64,000 nt of DNA from NCBI GenBank assembly GCA_963719515.1, contig CAVRCJ010000008.1, positions 90,911 to 154,910 on the forward strand, in the 5' to 3' direction. The notes below the pieces were generated by a model. It was not told where the DNA came from. It saw nothing but the letters and a program-made list of their open reading frames with translations, and searched no databases. Below, one piece after another: positions 39,109 to 49,128 of the stretch. Position numbers and translations under genes: made by a program. How positions within the stretch are numbered: the stretch's first letter is position 1; every line of letters starts with the position of its first letter. Source of the stretch: an uncultured cyanobacterium (GTDB lineage: Bacteria > Cyanobacteriota > Cyanobacteriia > CAKZMO01).

Positions 39109-39420
39109 CTAGACAATGACGTCTAGGGAACGCAGCCGCGTGAGGTAGAACAACACCTGACCATGGCTATGGGGGATGTTGACGCCGTTGGGGCCAATCT
39201 CGATGGGGCCGGACCACCGGGTGGGTTCCACGTAGCGCTTTAGGTGCAGCAGGTGGATGGTTTCCCGCAGGGCTTCGGGGGAGCCGATGATCACATGGCG
39301 GACGACTTCGCCGCTGGGGCCGGGGTCGAGGGTAGTCAGCATGGTGGGTGCTGCTTCGCTGGCCAGCACGTTAGGTGCTGCCTCGCTATAGGCAGGCTGC
39401 TCGGGGTATAAAAATGTCAT
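39109..39420 (-). CDS. Small unknown cyanobacterial protein, copy 2
   Basis: MTFLYPEQP...DPGPSGEVVRHVIIGSPEALRETIHLLHLKRYVE, paralog of 12803-13177. Confidence 0.82.
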   Translation of the reverse strand: MTFLYPEQPAYSEAAPNVLASEAAPTMLTTLDPGPSGEVVRHVIIGSPEALRETIHLLHLKRYVEPTRWSGPIEIGPNGVNIPHSHGQVLFYLTRLRSLDVIV

Positions 39421-39650
39421 GGGTTTTCTCCGTTTTAGTAGGTAAGAAAACCCAAAAACCTGATCCGTCCCTGGTTTGGGCGTGTCTAGGATGGCTGCAA
39501 CCATTGAAATTACAATAGTTGCAGCTCGAAGACAGGTACGCTCTGTCCAAGGGTCAGGGCGCGATCGTCACTGACGATGACGATCGCGTCCGTTTTGACC
39601 AAATTTTTGGGTGTTGGGCAAGCTGCTATCAGGGAAACAGCTTCTAGCGG
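39421..39650 (-). ncRNA. Structured RNA leader, copy 2
   Basis: Reverse complement aligns with 12579-12802, with compensatory stem changes. Confidence 0.6.
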
Positions 39651-39653
39651 TCT

Positions 39654-39682
39654 AATGTACCCTATTGGGGGGCGAGAGGCAA
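39654..39682 (-). promoter_or_regulatory. Putative sigma70 promoter, cassette copy 2
   Basis: TTGCCT-N17-TACATT on the minus strand. Confidence 0.6.
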
Positions 39683-40043
39683 GGGGTTGTTTGGATGGGG
39701 CGATGGAGGCTTTGCGATCGCACAGCGATGAAGGCTTTGCTCTCGCTGCGCGATCGCCTTGCGTTGCGGTCCGTGTTGCTGATGTCCTGCATGGCGTCGA
39801 TCTTCAGCAATGCAGACCGCTGGGTTTCGGCATCCTCAATCAGCTTAACCAGGGAGTTGGGCTGCTGTGGCCTACTGTCCACTGTAACAGCGTCTGTCTG
39901 GGTGAGCTGAGAGGCGATCGGTTCCTGCATGGGCTCGAGCAGAAAAGACAGTTAATTCCTTAGAATAGCTCACCATGCTTTGGCTGATAAGACAAGCATC
40001 GGCTTCGAGTAGCTTGAAGCCTAGCAATTTGAACTCACCATCC

Positions 40044-40232
40044 CTCAGTGGTGCAGAAAACTCAAGGAGAGAATATTTGCTCCCAGGATGAGGCCGGATA
40101 AACTCAAAATCATGCCCTCAAATCACGCAAATTCGTGGAGGGTAGCCTCGCTGCACTTGCGTTCGCAGAAACTGACACTTTTTCAACAATCCTTTAGCCA
40201 TAGGGGTTTCAGGAGTTTTTTGCACCACCAAG
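40044..40232. mobile_element. MITE related to the IS4-family element at 47793-49108
   Basis: Ends CTCAGTGGTGCAGAAAACTC and TTCAGGAGTTTTTTGCACCACCAAG match the two IS ends; no ORF; no clear TSD. Confidence 0.7.
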
Positions 40233-40330
40233 CCTTAGAGCCTTGGTCGATATACTGAGGCTAATTCTAGAATAAATAAAAAATAGATTTTCAGTGTCGA
40301 TATCAATTAGTAAGTAGCAACCACAGTCAG

Positions 40331-41398
40331 ATGTATAGCAGCTATTTTTCACTACTAAAGTCAAGTGCAGTATTGTTGGTTGGCGGCTTAGCCATACTAG
40401 GATGCCAATACACTCGTCTGAAAGCTCCCCAGGTATCCTCTTCTGACAATGAGTCTACTGTTGTTGATGAAGCTCCGAATACAGCCGCCACAGTTGAGAC
40501 GACTTCTGTCACTGGAGCAGGCACTCAACTGAGTCTCTGCGGAATGCCGCTCTCTCAGAGAAGTAATGCCTATCCCCTAGAGGTATATCCCCTTTATTTA
40601 GAGTCTTCTAGCCATGAGTGGTCCTGGTCACAAGCAGCAGCTCCAGAGCTGATTGAAGTACGGGAGCTGCTTTGTCCCAATGCCCACATGGGCTATATCC
40701 GGGGAGGACCGGAAGGCTCTGAAAACTATCTAGTTTCTGCAGTTATTCTGGGGTATGTCGCGGGGGAACTACAGGCTAACAAAGCGTTAGAAATGCTAAA
40801 TGCGCAGTTGCCGATACTAAAATCCCAGGAAATTATAGCTGCTACGGTAGGGCCAGCAATCTCCCTCGAAAGTCTACCCTCGCCTCTTGAGGTAGTCGCT
40901 CAGCGGGCCAAGCTCAGTATAGACCAAGCGCAAGCGTTGCTAGAGCCTGACCAATACAGAGAGATAGGACTAACATTTGACGTAATTGTTCCGACATATA
41001 TCCCAGAAGGATATGAAGTTCAGTCAATCGAAGCCGTGACTAGACCTGCTAACGGCTATCTAGCTTTCGCCCCCGAATACTCAATTACATATCAATCAGC
41101 AAACGATTCCTGCTTTCGAATTTACGGCGCAACTGGCCAAGGCGGTGCGGCTGCCGAAGATGTGCAATATGCTACAGCTGACTCTGCTTTACTGGGAGCA
41201 GTGACACTGATTTATATCAATTTTGTTCAAGAGAGAGATGGCTCATTCCTGAGCTTTGAGGGATTTCAACTACCAACTAAATGGGGAGGAAGCCAGCTCT
41301 ATTCCTTTGGCGATGCTGAATGTTCCAAAACGGTCTCTTTAAATGAAGCCGTCAAAATTGTGGAATCCTTTGAATATTTGAATCATCCAGCGTATTAA
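40331..41398 (+). CDS. Putative lipoprotein
   Basis: Lipobox-like AILGC; C-terminal domain VPTYIPEGY...CF...VKIVESFEYL is shared with 45842-46615. Confidence 0.75.
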   Translation: MYSSYFSLLKSSAVLLVGGLAILGCQYTRLKAPQVSSSDNESTVVDEAPNTAATVETTSVTGAGTQLSLCGMPLSQRSNAYPLEVYPLYLESSSHEWSWSQAAAPELIEVRELLCPNAHMGYIRGGPEGSENYLVSAVILGYVAGELQANKALEMLNAQLPILKSQEIIAATVGPAISLESLPSPLEVVAQRAKLSIDQAQALLEPDQYREIGLTFDVIVPTYIPEGYEVQSIEAVTRPANGYLAFAPEYSITYQSANDSCFRIYGATGQGGAAAEDVQYATADSALLGAVTLIYINFVQERDGSFLSFEGFQLPTKWGGSQLYSFGDAECSKTVSLNEAVKIVESFEYLNHPAY

Positions 41399-41428
41399 AA
41401 TCATCGCTTCCAAAGGCGTTGCGACGAC

Positions 41429-44400
41429 TCAATTCGTATCCCTCATTTGAGCAGGACACAGATCTTCAGCCCCGAGAACGTCATTGCTGGTGAAATAATC
41501 CTGGAGCCAGTCACATCCCTGCTCGATCGATTCCCTTAAAGAGCGAATGTTCCAGAGCTGCACTTCTCCATTCGCTCCCCCAGCCAAAATATGCTTGCCG
41601 TCTAGCGCCGGGCTTATTCCCCAGATGGCTCCTTGGGAATGTAGATACTGAGTAATTTGCCGACCAGTTAAATCCCACAGGCGAACGCTACCATCCATTC
41701 CACCAGTCGCTAAGAGAGAAGTATTGGGAATGAATGCCAGTGCATTGATACCGCTCTGGTAAGTATAGAAATTTAGTGTTTCTCGCCCACTAGTATCCCA
41801 GAGCCGGACGGTACCGCCTTTATCGGCCGAAGCGATCGCCTGACCATCGGGCCCGAAAGCCAAGCCACTAATTTTGCCCTGGTGTCCCTGCCAGGCTTGC
41901 ACCGAGTTGCCGGTAGTATCCCACAGTCGAATCCAACCGTCCCACCCTGCCGTTGCTAATGTCGAGGTATCAGGGCTGAAAGTGACCACACTGACAATGT
42001 CTCCGTGACCTGTCAAAGTGGCAACCTGCTCTCCACCCGCAGTCCATAATCGGGCTTGTTTATCGGCTCCGGCGGTGGCAAAAAATTGTCCATCGGGGCT
42101 AAAAGCGAGACTGCTAGTAAAGGGCCTGTGACCTTCAAATTGTGTAATCCTTTCTCCCGATGGAGTCCAGAGGTTAACAGTCCTGCCATATCCTGCAGTC
42201 GCGATTCGACCGCCATCAGGGCTAAGGGCAACAGTAAAGATATGTCCGGAGGGGTTGGCTGTCCAGGAGTTGAGCAATTGGCCGCTGGCATCCCAAACGG
42301 TTAAGACACCTTCGTTCCCGGCTGCCGCCAACAGCTCGCCATCAGGACTAATGCTGACGGCATTAGCATCGTCAGTCAACCCTGTTAGGCTGAGCGCTCC
42401 TAGTCGCTCTAAGCTCCACAAGCGAGCGGTGCCATCTCGTCCAGTGGTCACCAAATATCGACCATCGGGACTGAAGTTTGCCTGCCAAACCGTGCCGCGA
42501 TGGCCCTGAAAGTGCGCCAATGATTCTCCCTCTAGATTCCATAAGCGGGCGGTGCCATCATCGGAGGCCGTGGTCAACCTAACACCATCTGCGTGAAAAC
42601 TGGCACTGGTTATCAGACCCGTATGACCTTCTAGATTTTGGACTTGTTGGGCAGACAGCGTCCAGATTCTGGCGGTGCGATCTTTTCCAGCAGAGACCAG
42701 ACGCTGACCATTGGGACTAAAACTAACTGCATAAATCGGTTCTCCCCCATGGCCGCTCCAAGCAATTTGCTGCTGGCCTGCTGCATTCCAAATGCGAATG
42801 GTGCCATCCATCCCAGCGGTGGCTAGTCTTTGACTATCAGGACTAAATTGGGCTTGAGATACGCGCCCTTTATGACCAGTAAGCTGTCCTGTTTGCCTGC
42901 CAGAGGTATCCCAGATTAAGACTTCGCCATAGCTATCCGCTGAAACAATGCGTTTGCTATCCGGGCTAAAGCTGACCGTTGCTACTTCGCCAGCGTGCTC
43001 AGAAAAAGTAGCTATCAGTTCGCCAGCACGGCTCCAAAGCTTAGCAGTGCCATCGGTACTTGCCGAGGCGATGTAGACTCCATCGGGGCTGATGCTGACC
43101 GCATTGATGTCCGCCAACGGACCGCCTGCATGAGCTTGAAATTCCTGTACCTGGCTACCTGATAGGTTCCAGATTTGAATCTTCCCGTCGCTGCCGCCTG
43201 TTGTGATGAGCTCACTATCCGGGCTAAAGGCAGCGGCTTTGATGTTTTTCTGCTGAGTGGGGAAGCGGTTTTTTTCATCAATGCCGTTCAAGATCGTCTC
43301 TAACGCCACTATCGGGCTGTAGAAAGGATATTTTCCTAGCGCGGTGTTTGGTGCAACCATACTCTGGCCAGCTTTGGCATTTTGAAGTGCTGCGATAAGA
43401 GCATCAATTTCACTCACGCCGAGTTCGGCTTGCTGAAGCAAACTAATACCGTTCTGTTCGAGTCGGCTTAGGATAAACTGTCGTCTCAAAGCCCAAGCTC
43501 CCAAAAGAGAAATAGCTAGAGCTGTTGGGACAGCAATTGCCAGGAAAACTACCCCCTTGCGGATAATTTTCCTGGCCTTATGGTTAGCTGCGGTCAGTAG
43601 CTGAGTACGTTCTCTCTCAGTCTCTAGCTCAGCTCGACGACGTCTCTGCACCGTTTGCCACTCTTGACTGGCATCGATGAATTGAGTTTCCAGCGGAGTT
43701 AATCCCCCCAAGCGTGCAAAGGCTTTATTTGCGCTCAACTCAATAACGCGATCGAGTTGAGCTCCCTTCAGCAATTCTTCGTTTGCATGGTCACTGTTTT
43801 CGTCTCCATCAGCAACGCTCCTCGCTTTTGCCGCCTCCCACCGCCTCATACTATCCGTTAAAAGAGGTCTGAAGATGATGGCGTCTTTAGCCTCTTCCAT
43901 CCAGTTTTTGAGGACGTCCCAGGAGCTTAAGATAATCTCGTGGGCGACTTCGTAAGTTGCGCTTTGCCGCCTGACATTGCCCCCATCCATGAGAAAGAGA
44001 GATTCTTGGCCAGAGTAGTCATAACTACCAACCACCATTTTTTCATCAACAAACCTTTGCAGCGTATGTTCAAGGGTCGTACCTTGAAATTCTGCGCGGT
44101 AGGCTTTGCGGCTAACAGGTTGAGAAACAGAGTCTGTAATGTGGACCAGGCGCAGAAAAATCTGCCGGGTGGCGTCTCGTTCGGCCTGATTAAGCTGTGT
44201 ATAGATTTGATTAATCCGCAATTGCAAGGCCCCCCGAACTCCCTCCAGTTCTGTATAGATAGAGCGATTCAGAGTACGATCGGCAATGTGAGGCTGACCG
44301 TCTTGACCCAGGGTTCGACATTCTGTTTCCCAAAGAAGGTCTAAGGTGAACTGCAGCAGAGGCAAATACCCACTTTGCCCCTGGACGTCTTTAGTAATCT

Positions 44401-45268
44401 GCTCAACAAGGCCTTCTTCAAAGACTACTCCATGCCTCGCTGCTGGCTGCTCAATGGCTAACCGTAGCTCATCGGGATGCATGTCGGTGACTAGATGAAT
44501 AGTGTTGTTGTTAGCAACCTGGCCCAACTGAGGATACGCACTGAAGTATTCCAGAAATTCAGCCCGCATGGTGAGAATAATGCGCACTGAATCATCCGTG
44601 TGTTGCTGTAGATGTACTAAAGCATCGATAAAACTAGTACGAGTAGATTCATCACAACAGTTGGTAAAGATTTCCTCAAACTGATCGATAAAGAGAAGCC
44701 AACGTTCCTCGCCCTGCTGAAGAGTTTGAATAACAGTAGTAAGTGTTTCTGGGGAAACTGGTCTAGCAGGCTCAACTTGTTCTTCAGTAAATCGATACTC
44801 TTTACCATTGGCGCGCAAGTTGGAATAAAAACTTTCGAAGGGATAACGTCCTGGTGAGAACGAAACGATCTTTAGCTTGCTGATACCCAAGGTCTTTCTT
44901 AACTCTGGAATAAGCCCCGCCTTTACTACTGATGACTTACCACATCCGGACGCCCCAACCACTAACAAGCATTTATTCTGGTTAGTGGCCTCGAAGAGAC
45001 GGGCAATTAAGGCATCACGACCGAAAAAATATTCTCGCTCTGCTTCTGTGAATTGGTACAGTCCTTTGTAGGGAGATGTAGGGTTGAGTTCTCGCTGTGT
45101 AACAACACTAGTCGATTTGTAGGTAATCTGGGTTTGAATTTGTGTGCCAATTTGAGTAGGTGCAAACGTAAAGGCAGCACTATCGCCTTGGATACTGACA
45201 TCACCCAAGGTATTGTCCATTTGTTGAGATGGTAAGTTACCCTGCTCGTCACCATCGCTCGTTGCCAT
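41429..45268 (-). CDS. nSTAND1-type NTPase + TM segment + 14 WD40 repeats (NLR-like receptor)
   Basis: SPYKGL..F, FFGR, Walker A GASGCGKSS, Walker B FIDQFEE, LPLLQFTL..LW, EVAHE; 14 WD repeats counted. ATG 45268 overlaps the upstream stop (TAATG). Confidence 0.92.
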   Translation of the reverse strand: MATSDGDEQGNLPSQQMDNTLGDVSIQGDSAAFTFAPTQIGTQIQTQITYKSTSVVTQRELNPTSPYKGLYQFTEAEREYFFGRDALIARLFEATNQNKCLLVVGASGCGKSSVVKAGLIPELRKTLGISKLKIVSFSPGRYPFESFYSNLRANGKEYRFTEEQVEPARPVSPETLTTVIQTLQQGEERWLLFIDQFEEIFTNCCDESTRTSFIDALVHLQQHTDDSVRIILTMRAEFLEYFSAYPQLGQVANNNTIHLVTDMHPDELRLAIEQPAARHGVVFEEGLVEQITKDVQGQSGYLPLLQFTLDLLWETECRTLGQDGQPHIADRTLNRSIYTELEGVRGALQLRINQIYTQLNQAERDATRQIFLRLVHITDSVSQPVSRKAYRAEFQGTTLEHTLQRFVDEKMVVGSYDYSGQESLFLMDGGNVRRQSATYEVAHEIILSSWDVLKNWMEEAKDAIIFRPLLTDSMRRWEAAKARSVADGDENSDHANEELLKGAQLDRVIELSANKAFARLGGLTPLETQFIDASQEWQTVQRRRRAELETERERTQLLTAANHKARKIIRKGVVFLAIAVPTALAISLLGAWALRRQFILSRLEQNGISLLQQAELGVSEIDALIAALQNAKAGQSMVAPNTALGKYPFYSPIVALETILNGIDEKNRFPTQQKNIKAAAFSPDSELITTGGSDGKIQIWNLSGSQVQEFQAHAGGPLADINAVSISPDGVYIASASTDGTAKLWSRAGELIATFSEHAGEVATVSFSPDSKRIVSADSYGEVLIWDTSGRQTGQLTGHKGRVSQAQFSPDSQRLATAGMDGTIRIWNAAGQQQIAWSGHGGEPIYAVSFSPNGQRLVSAGKDRTARIWTLSAQQVQNLEGHTGLITSASFHADGVRLTTASDDGTARLWNLEGESLAHFQGHRGTVWQANFSPDGRYLVTTGRDGTARLWSLERLGALSLTGLTDDANAVSISPDGELLAAAGNEGVLTVWDASGQLLNSWTANPSGHIFTVALSPDGGRIATAGYGRTVNLWTPSGERITQFEGHRPFTSSLAFSPDGQFFATAGADKQARLWTAGGEQVATLTGHGDIVSVVTFSPDTSTLATAGWDGWIRLWDTTGNSVQAWQGHQGKISGLAFGPDGQAIASADKGGTVRLWDTSGRETLNFYTYQSGINALAFIPNTSLLATGGMDGSVRLWDLTGRQITQYLHSQGAIWGISPALDGKHILAGGANGEVQLWNIRSLRESIEQGCDWLQDYFTSNDVLGAEDLCPAQMRDTN

Positions 45269-45786
45269 TACACTGGAATGCTCCATACCTTAGCGACTAT
45301 GGAAGCCACTGCCATCACTGGTCCAGCCAAGTCCTGAACCCCTTGTAATCCCTGCTTTAGCGCTAACACGGTTCGGCCAATCAAGTTTTGGTCAGGATTG
45401 TCTTTTTTGGCTTCATCGGCAAGCTGCTCAACTTGGTTCTCAGCTCCAATTTTGGAAAGCTCGGGCAGAGCTTCGGAAGTGCGAATGGCTTTCTGTAAAG
45501 AGGACAAAGCTTGAAGTAGTTCTCTGTGGCCAGAGGATCCCTGAGCAAAGGTGGTAGAGGTGTTGACGTCTCTCCCGCCCTGCTCCGGCTGAAAGTTAAA
45601 AGTAGAGTTACCACCGCTGAGCTGTACATCGCCAAGGGTATTTGTCATCGACTGTCCCTTTTCAGGTTGATTGACCCAATTTTGACCACTAAGCACAGTG
45701 GTCAAGCGAGCAACAAGTTCATCTTTCTCAGTAGCACTCAGCATCTCAATACTTGAAATAACTTGTTCAACAGTAAGTTTAATCAT
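45268..45786 (-). CDS. Small putative effector: helical N-terminus, polar amyloid-like motif, helical/hydrophobic C-terminal domain
   Basis: Contains QSMTNTLGDVQLSGGNSTFNFQPEQGG, matching the NTPase N-terminus. Confidence 0.75.
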   Translation of the reverse strand: MIKLTVEQVISSIEMLSATEKDELVARLTTVLSGQNWVNQPEKGQSMTNTLGDVQLSGGNSTFNFQPEQGGRDVNTSTTFAQGSSGHRELLQALSSLQKAIRTSEALPELSKIGAENQVEQLADEAKKDNPDQNLIGRTVLALKQGLQGVQDLAGPVMAVASIVAKVWSIPV

Positions 45787-45841
45787 AAGAAAAGTGAGCG
45801 ACAAAAACAGCAAGAAGATAGTAGTGAAACAATACTAAAAC

Positions 45842-46615
45842 TTACGACACTACACCATTGTCATATTGAAGTTTACTTGTTTCGGCTGGATCTAGGTATT
45901 GTAGAGACTCAAGTATTTTAACCATTTCCCCAGCAGAGATTATTTGACTACACAATTCTCGATCCGGCGAACCGAAAGCGTAATCAGAAGATTCAAACTC
46001 GCCTTGTCCACCAAGTGTCGTGATAGAAAACCCTTGATCCCCTGACTGATCAAATCCAATGAGCCCCATATCTATCTCTATACCAAGCTTTTCCACCTTC
46101 ACTTTCTCAATTTCTTCCACTTCTGTTGGACCAGCCCCTGCGCCTTCCGTATCAAGCGCAGATGCACTGACAAAGAAACAGGCATCAGTGCTACTACTTT
46201 TGTAGACGATGTAGTAGTACTCATAGAAGTAGTCTGTGCCTTCCAAAAACGATGATGTTTTGAAGTATTCGACTTCAAAGCCAGGAGGAATATACGAAGG
46301 TACGACAACAGCCTGCAATTTTCGCTTGAACTTCGGGGTTTCAAGTTCAGCATTGAGCAGCTCTTTGGTCTGCTCCGAAGACAACTTAGCCGTCTTTCCC
46401 CTAGCTTCAGCCGAATCTACCGGCAAAGATGTTTTAGATTCTGTATCGCCAATATCTAATGAAGTAGCTTCTGGTGATGCTGTTTCTAGAGGGGGAGGGC
46501 TATTTGTACTTGTGCAGCTCGTTAAGATAGATAGTCCGACACAAGCTATTGTCAGTGCTTTTCCTTTTTGCCAAGACACGCTGCCTAAGCCTCCTTCACG
46601 TATAGTACTTTTCAC
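45842..46615 (-). CDS. Putative lipoprotein, paralogous domain to 40331-41398
   Basis: Lipobox-like ILTSC; VVPSYIPPGF...CF...VKILESLQYL. Confidence 0.75.
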   Translation of the reverse strand: MKSTIREGGLGSVSWQKGKALTIACVGLSILTSCTSTNSPPPLETASPEATSLDIGDTESKTSLPVDSAEARGKTAKLSSEQTKELLNAELETPKFKRKLQAVVVPSYIPPGFEVEYFKTSSFLEGTDYFYEYYYIVYKSSSTDACFFVSASALDTEGAGAGPTEVEEIEKVKVEKLGIEIDMGLIGFDQSGDQGFSITTLGGQGEFESSDYAFGSPDRELCSQIISAGEMVKILESLQYLDPAETSKLQYDNGVVS

Positions 46616-46717
46616 GGCTTAACCCTGGTTAACTATGGTGGCATTCAAAGAATAACGGCTGCAATCACATTCTGGTCCTATTGTGTCGTTATCTTACAGT
46701 TGATAGCCCAACACTAA

Positions 46718-46867
46718 GAGAGCATTTGGAAAGCCTGCTGAGCCGAGCTTGACAGCTTGACAGCTTGAGGCATCTGCGAATTGCACAAGACTGAAGAGAT
46801 TTGAGACGACCTCAAACTCAATCGAGGTATCTATTCCTACGTAAGTCAGATCATTTCAAACGCTCTC
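46718..46867. mobile_element. MITE with IS5-like ends
   Basis: TIR GAGAGCATTTG ... CAAACGCTCTC, 150 bp, sitting between palindrome arms GATAGCCCAACA / TGTTGGGCTATC. Confidence 0.65.
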
Positions 46868-47792
46868 CTACTGTTGGGCTATCCCTGTTACGTGGGTAAT
46901 CACCGTCTGTTAGCATGTAAAGCCCAACAGTTTAGAAATGTCGCTGCCAATTTATCAGCACCTAGAGCAATGGACTTGACGCTCGCACAGTTCAGTTTTG
47001 CGCGGCAATAGGTTTTGACCTCAGTACAAGACAAAAAGATTTAAAAGTAAGTGAGGGTGGGGTTTCATCAGAATTACGACACCCATCAGAAACCCCATGA
47101 GCCACGATAGTGAATTGAAGCATGACCTCCAAGAGCAGCTGGGCTGGCTTATGGCTTCATCAGCTCAAGCCTATACTTATCAAAACTCATGGCCGCAAGG
47201 CTAAGGGCATTTTTCGTCTAGGATCTGACCATCTATGAGACATCGTCCCCAATCCCGCTTGCTTAGACGACAACGCGTTTCAGCAATCCTTAGAGGATGT
47301 TTGAGAAAGGGGTAGGGCTGTAAAAAAAGCTCTCCGGGCATAGGCTGGATGTGAAAGCATACCAGCACCCGAAAGAGCGATGAGTAAAGCATATCCCAGC
47401 AACCTTACCCAAGACCAGTACGAGCTCCTAGCCAGTCTTTTGCCCGCTGATAGCGATCGCGGACGCCCCAGAACAACCTGCTTGTGGGCCGTGCTCAACG
47501 CCATCTTCTATGTGCTGTGCGAGGGGTGTACCTGGCGCGGCTTACCGGGGGAGCTTCCCGCTTGGCAAACGGTGTACACCTACTTCCGTCGCTGGAAAAA
47601 GGACGGTACTTGGCTTTTGATGCATGACCGGTTCTACAAGATGAGCCGACTGTGTGCAGGACGCGATGCTAGCCCATCAGAGCTGATTGTTGACAGTCAA
47701 AGTGTGCCGACGGTTACCATGATTAGCCACGAGGTTGGCTATGACGCAGCCAAACGTATCAAAGGACGCAAGCGCCATCTGACAGTCGATAC

Positions 47793-49108
47793 CTTAGTGG
47801 TGCAGGGAAGTCCTGAAAGTATTGGTATACATAAAGTCTCAGCCTAGGACAGGGGTTAACGGTAGGGGTGTTCCATGAGAAGCTTAAGTTCCCCAACTCA
47901 AAGCTAAATCAATGGAAACACCCCTGCTTTATCGTCAGCTGATGGACCAACTACGTCAATGGGTCAACCCAAAAGACGAGCGTCACCTGCAAGGCGTTGC
48001 AGAAGCAGTCGCTGCTATCCTGCAATCTCAAAGCGCCTGTCTGGGGAAATGGGTCACCTACCTGAGCCATCGAAACTGCGAGGCTAGAGCACACATGGAG
48101 CGCCTAAGCTACTTGGTTCACAACCAGCACATCAGCGCTGAGCGCTTCTACGTACCGCTCCTACGCCATGCTCTGCAAGCATTTGACGGCAGCGAGATTA
48201 CCCTAACTTTAGACACCAGCATGCTGTGGGAGCAGTTCTGTTTGGTGGAAGTCTGTCTGGTGTGGGGTGGGCGCTCGTTTGCCTTGGCTCAGGTGGTGCT
48301 AGAGCACAAGAGTGCTAGTGTCGCCTTCAAGGACTACAAACACGTTCTTGAGGCAGCCAAAGCGCTGGTGCCCTCCGGTTGCGGGGTGACGCTATTGGCT
48401 GACCGAGGCTTTGCCCACAGAGAACTGCTGGTCTGGCTCGAGGAGTGCCAATGGCAGTGGGCGGTTCGGGTCAAGTGTGACATGCAGGTCCGCCTTGCTA
48501 CTGGAGCGACTCGTTCGGTGCAATATCTATTCCCCCCAGAGCAGCAAGCTTATCTATTACACAATGTCACTGTCTTAGAGGACATTGAGGCGCACCTCGT
48601 CACAGGCCACCTTCCCAACGCCAGCGAGCCCTGGGCGGTTCTATCAAGCACGCCCCCCTCCCTGCAAACCTTCGCGCTCTACGGCAAGCGCTTTGGCGGC
48701 ATAGAGCCGCACTTCAAAGACTACAAGTCGGCGGCCTTCAATGTTGTCGCTTCCGGTCTAAGGGATGCTCAAGCCCTGACGTGTCTATTCATGCTGTTGG
48801 ACACGGCCTATCTGATTGCGCTAATTGTTGGCATGATCCTTGTTCAGAGCGGTCAACGCTCAAAGCTCGACTGGCATGGCGATAGGGGACTGAGTTTTCT
48901 GCAGCTTGGTCTGAGAAATATAGGACGGTGCTGCTACAGGCGAGTGCTACTGCCAACGCTGATTGCCCTACCACCCAAAAGTCCACCTAAAGCCTGTGCC
49001 TCGAAGCGCAAGCGAGCCGCTTTAGACTGCCAAATTGAGTTCTCAAGGGTGGTCGTCTTCTCATGATGAGTCCGCTTAAGCATCCTTTGAGATTTCTGCA
49101 CCACTAAG
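47793..49108 (+). mobile_element. Complete IS4-family element (1316 bp) with 10-bp target duplication
   Basis: TIR CTTAGTGGTGCAG / CTGCACCACTAAG; TSD CAGTCGATAC at 47783-47792 and 49109-49118. Confidence 0.88.
47912..49066 (+). CDS. DDE transposase (IS4 family)
   Basis: LTLDTS, LLADRGF, Y.KRF..IE..FKDYKS (YREK-like). Confidence 0.88.
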   Translation: METPLLYRQLMDQLRQWVNPKDERHLQGVAEAVAAILQSQSACLGKWVTYLSHRNCEARAHMERLSYLVHNQHISAERFYVPLLRHALQAFDGSEITLTLDTSMLWEQFCLVEVCLVWGGRSFALAQVVLEHKSASVAFKDYKHVLEAAKALVPSGCGVTLLADRGFAHRELLVWLEECQWQWAVRVKCDMQVRLATGATRSVQYLFPPEQQAYLLHNVTVLEDIEAHLVTGHLPNASEPWAVLSSTPPSLQTFALYGKRFGGIEPHFKDYKSAAFNVVASGLRDAQALTCLFMLLDTAYLIALIVGMILVQSGQRSKLDWHGDRGLSFLQLGLRNIGRCCYRRVLLPTLIALPPKSPPKACASKRKRAALDCQIEFSRVVVFS

Positions 49109-49128
49109 CAGTCGATACCCTGGGGCTA

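Larger units (their letters stand above)
47293..49128 (+). mobile_element. IS5-family (IS1031-like) element, transposase interrupted by two other IS
   Basis: End GAGGATGTTTGAG; ORF from 47380 YPSNLT...NAIFY...WRGLP...VDSQSV...GYDAAKRIKGRKRHLTVDT, resuming LGL at 49120. Confidence 0.85.
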
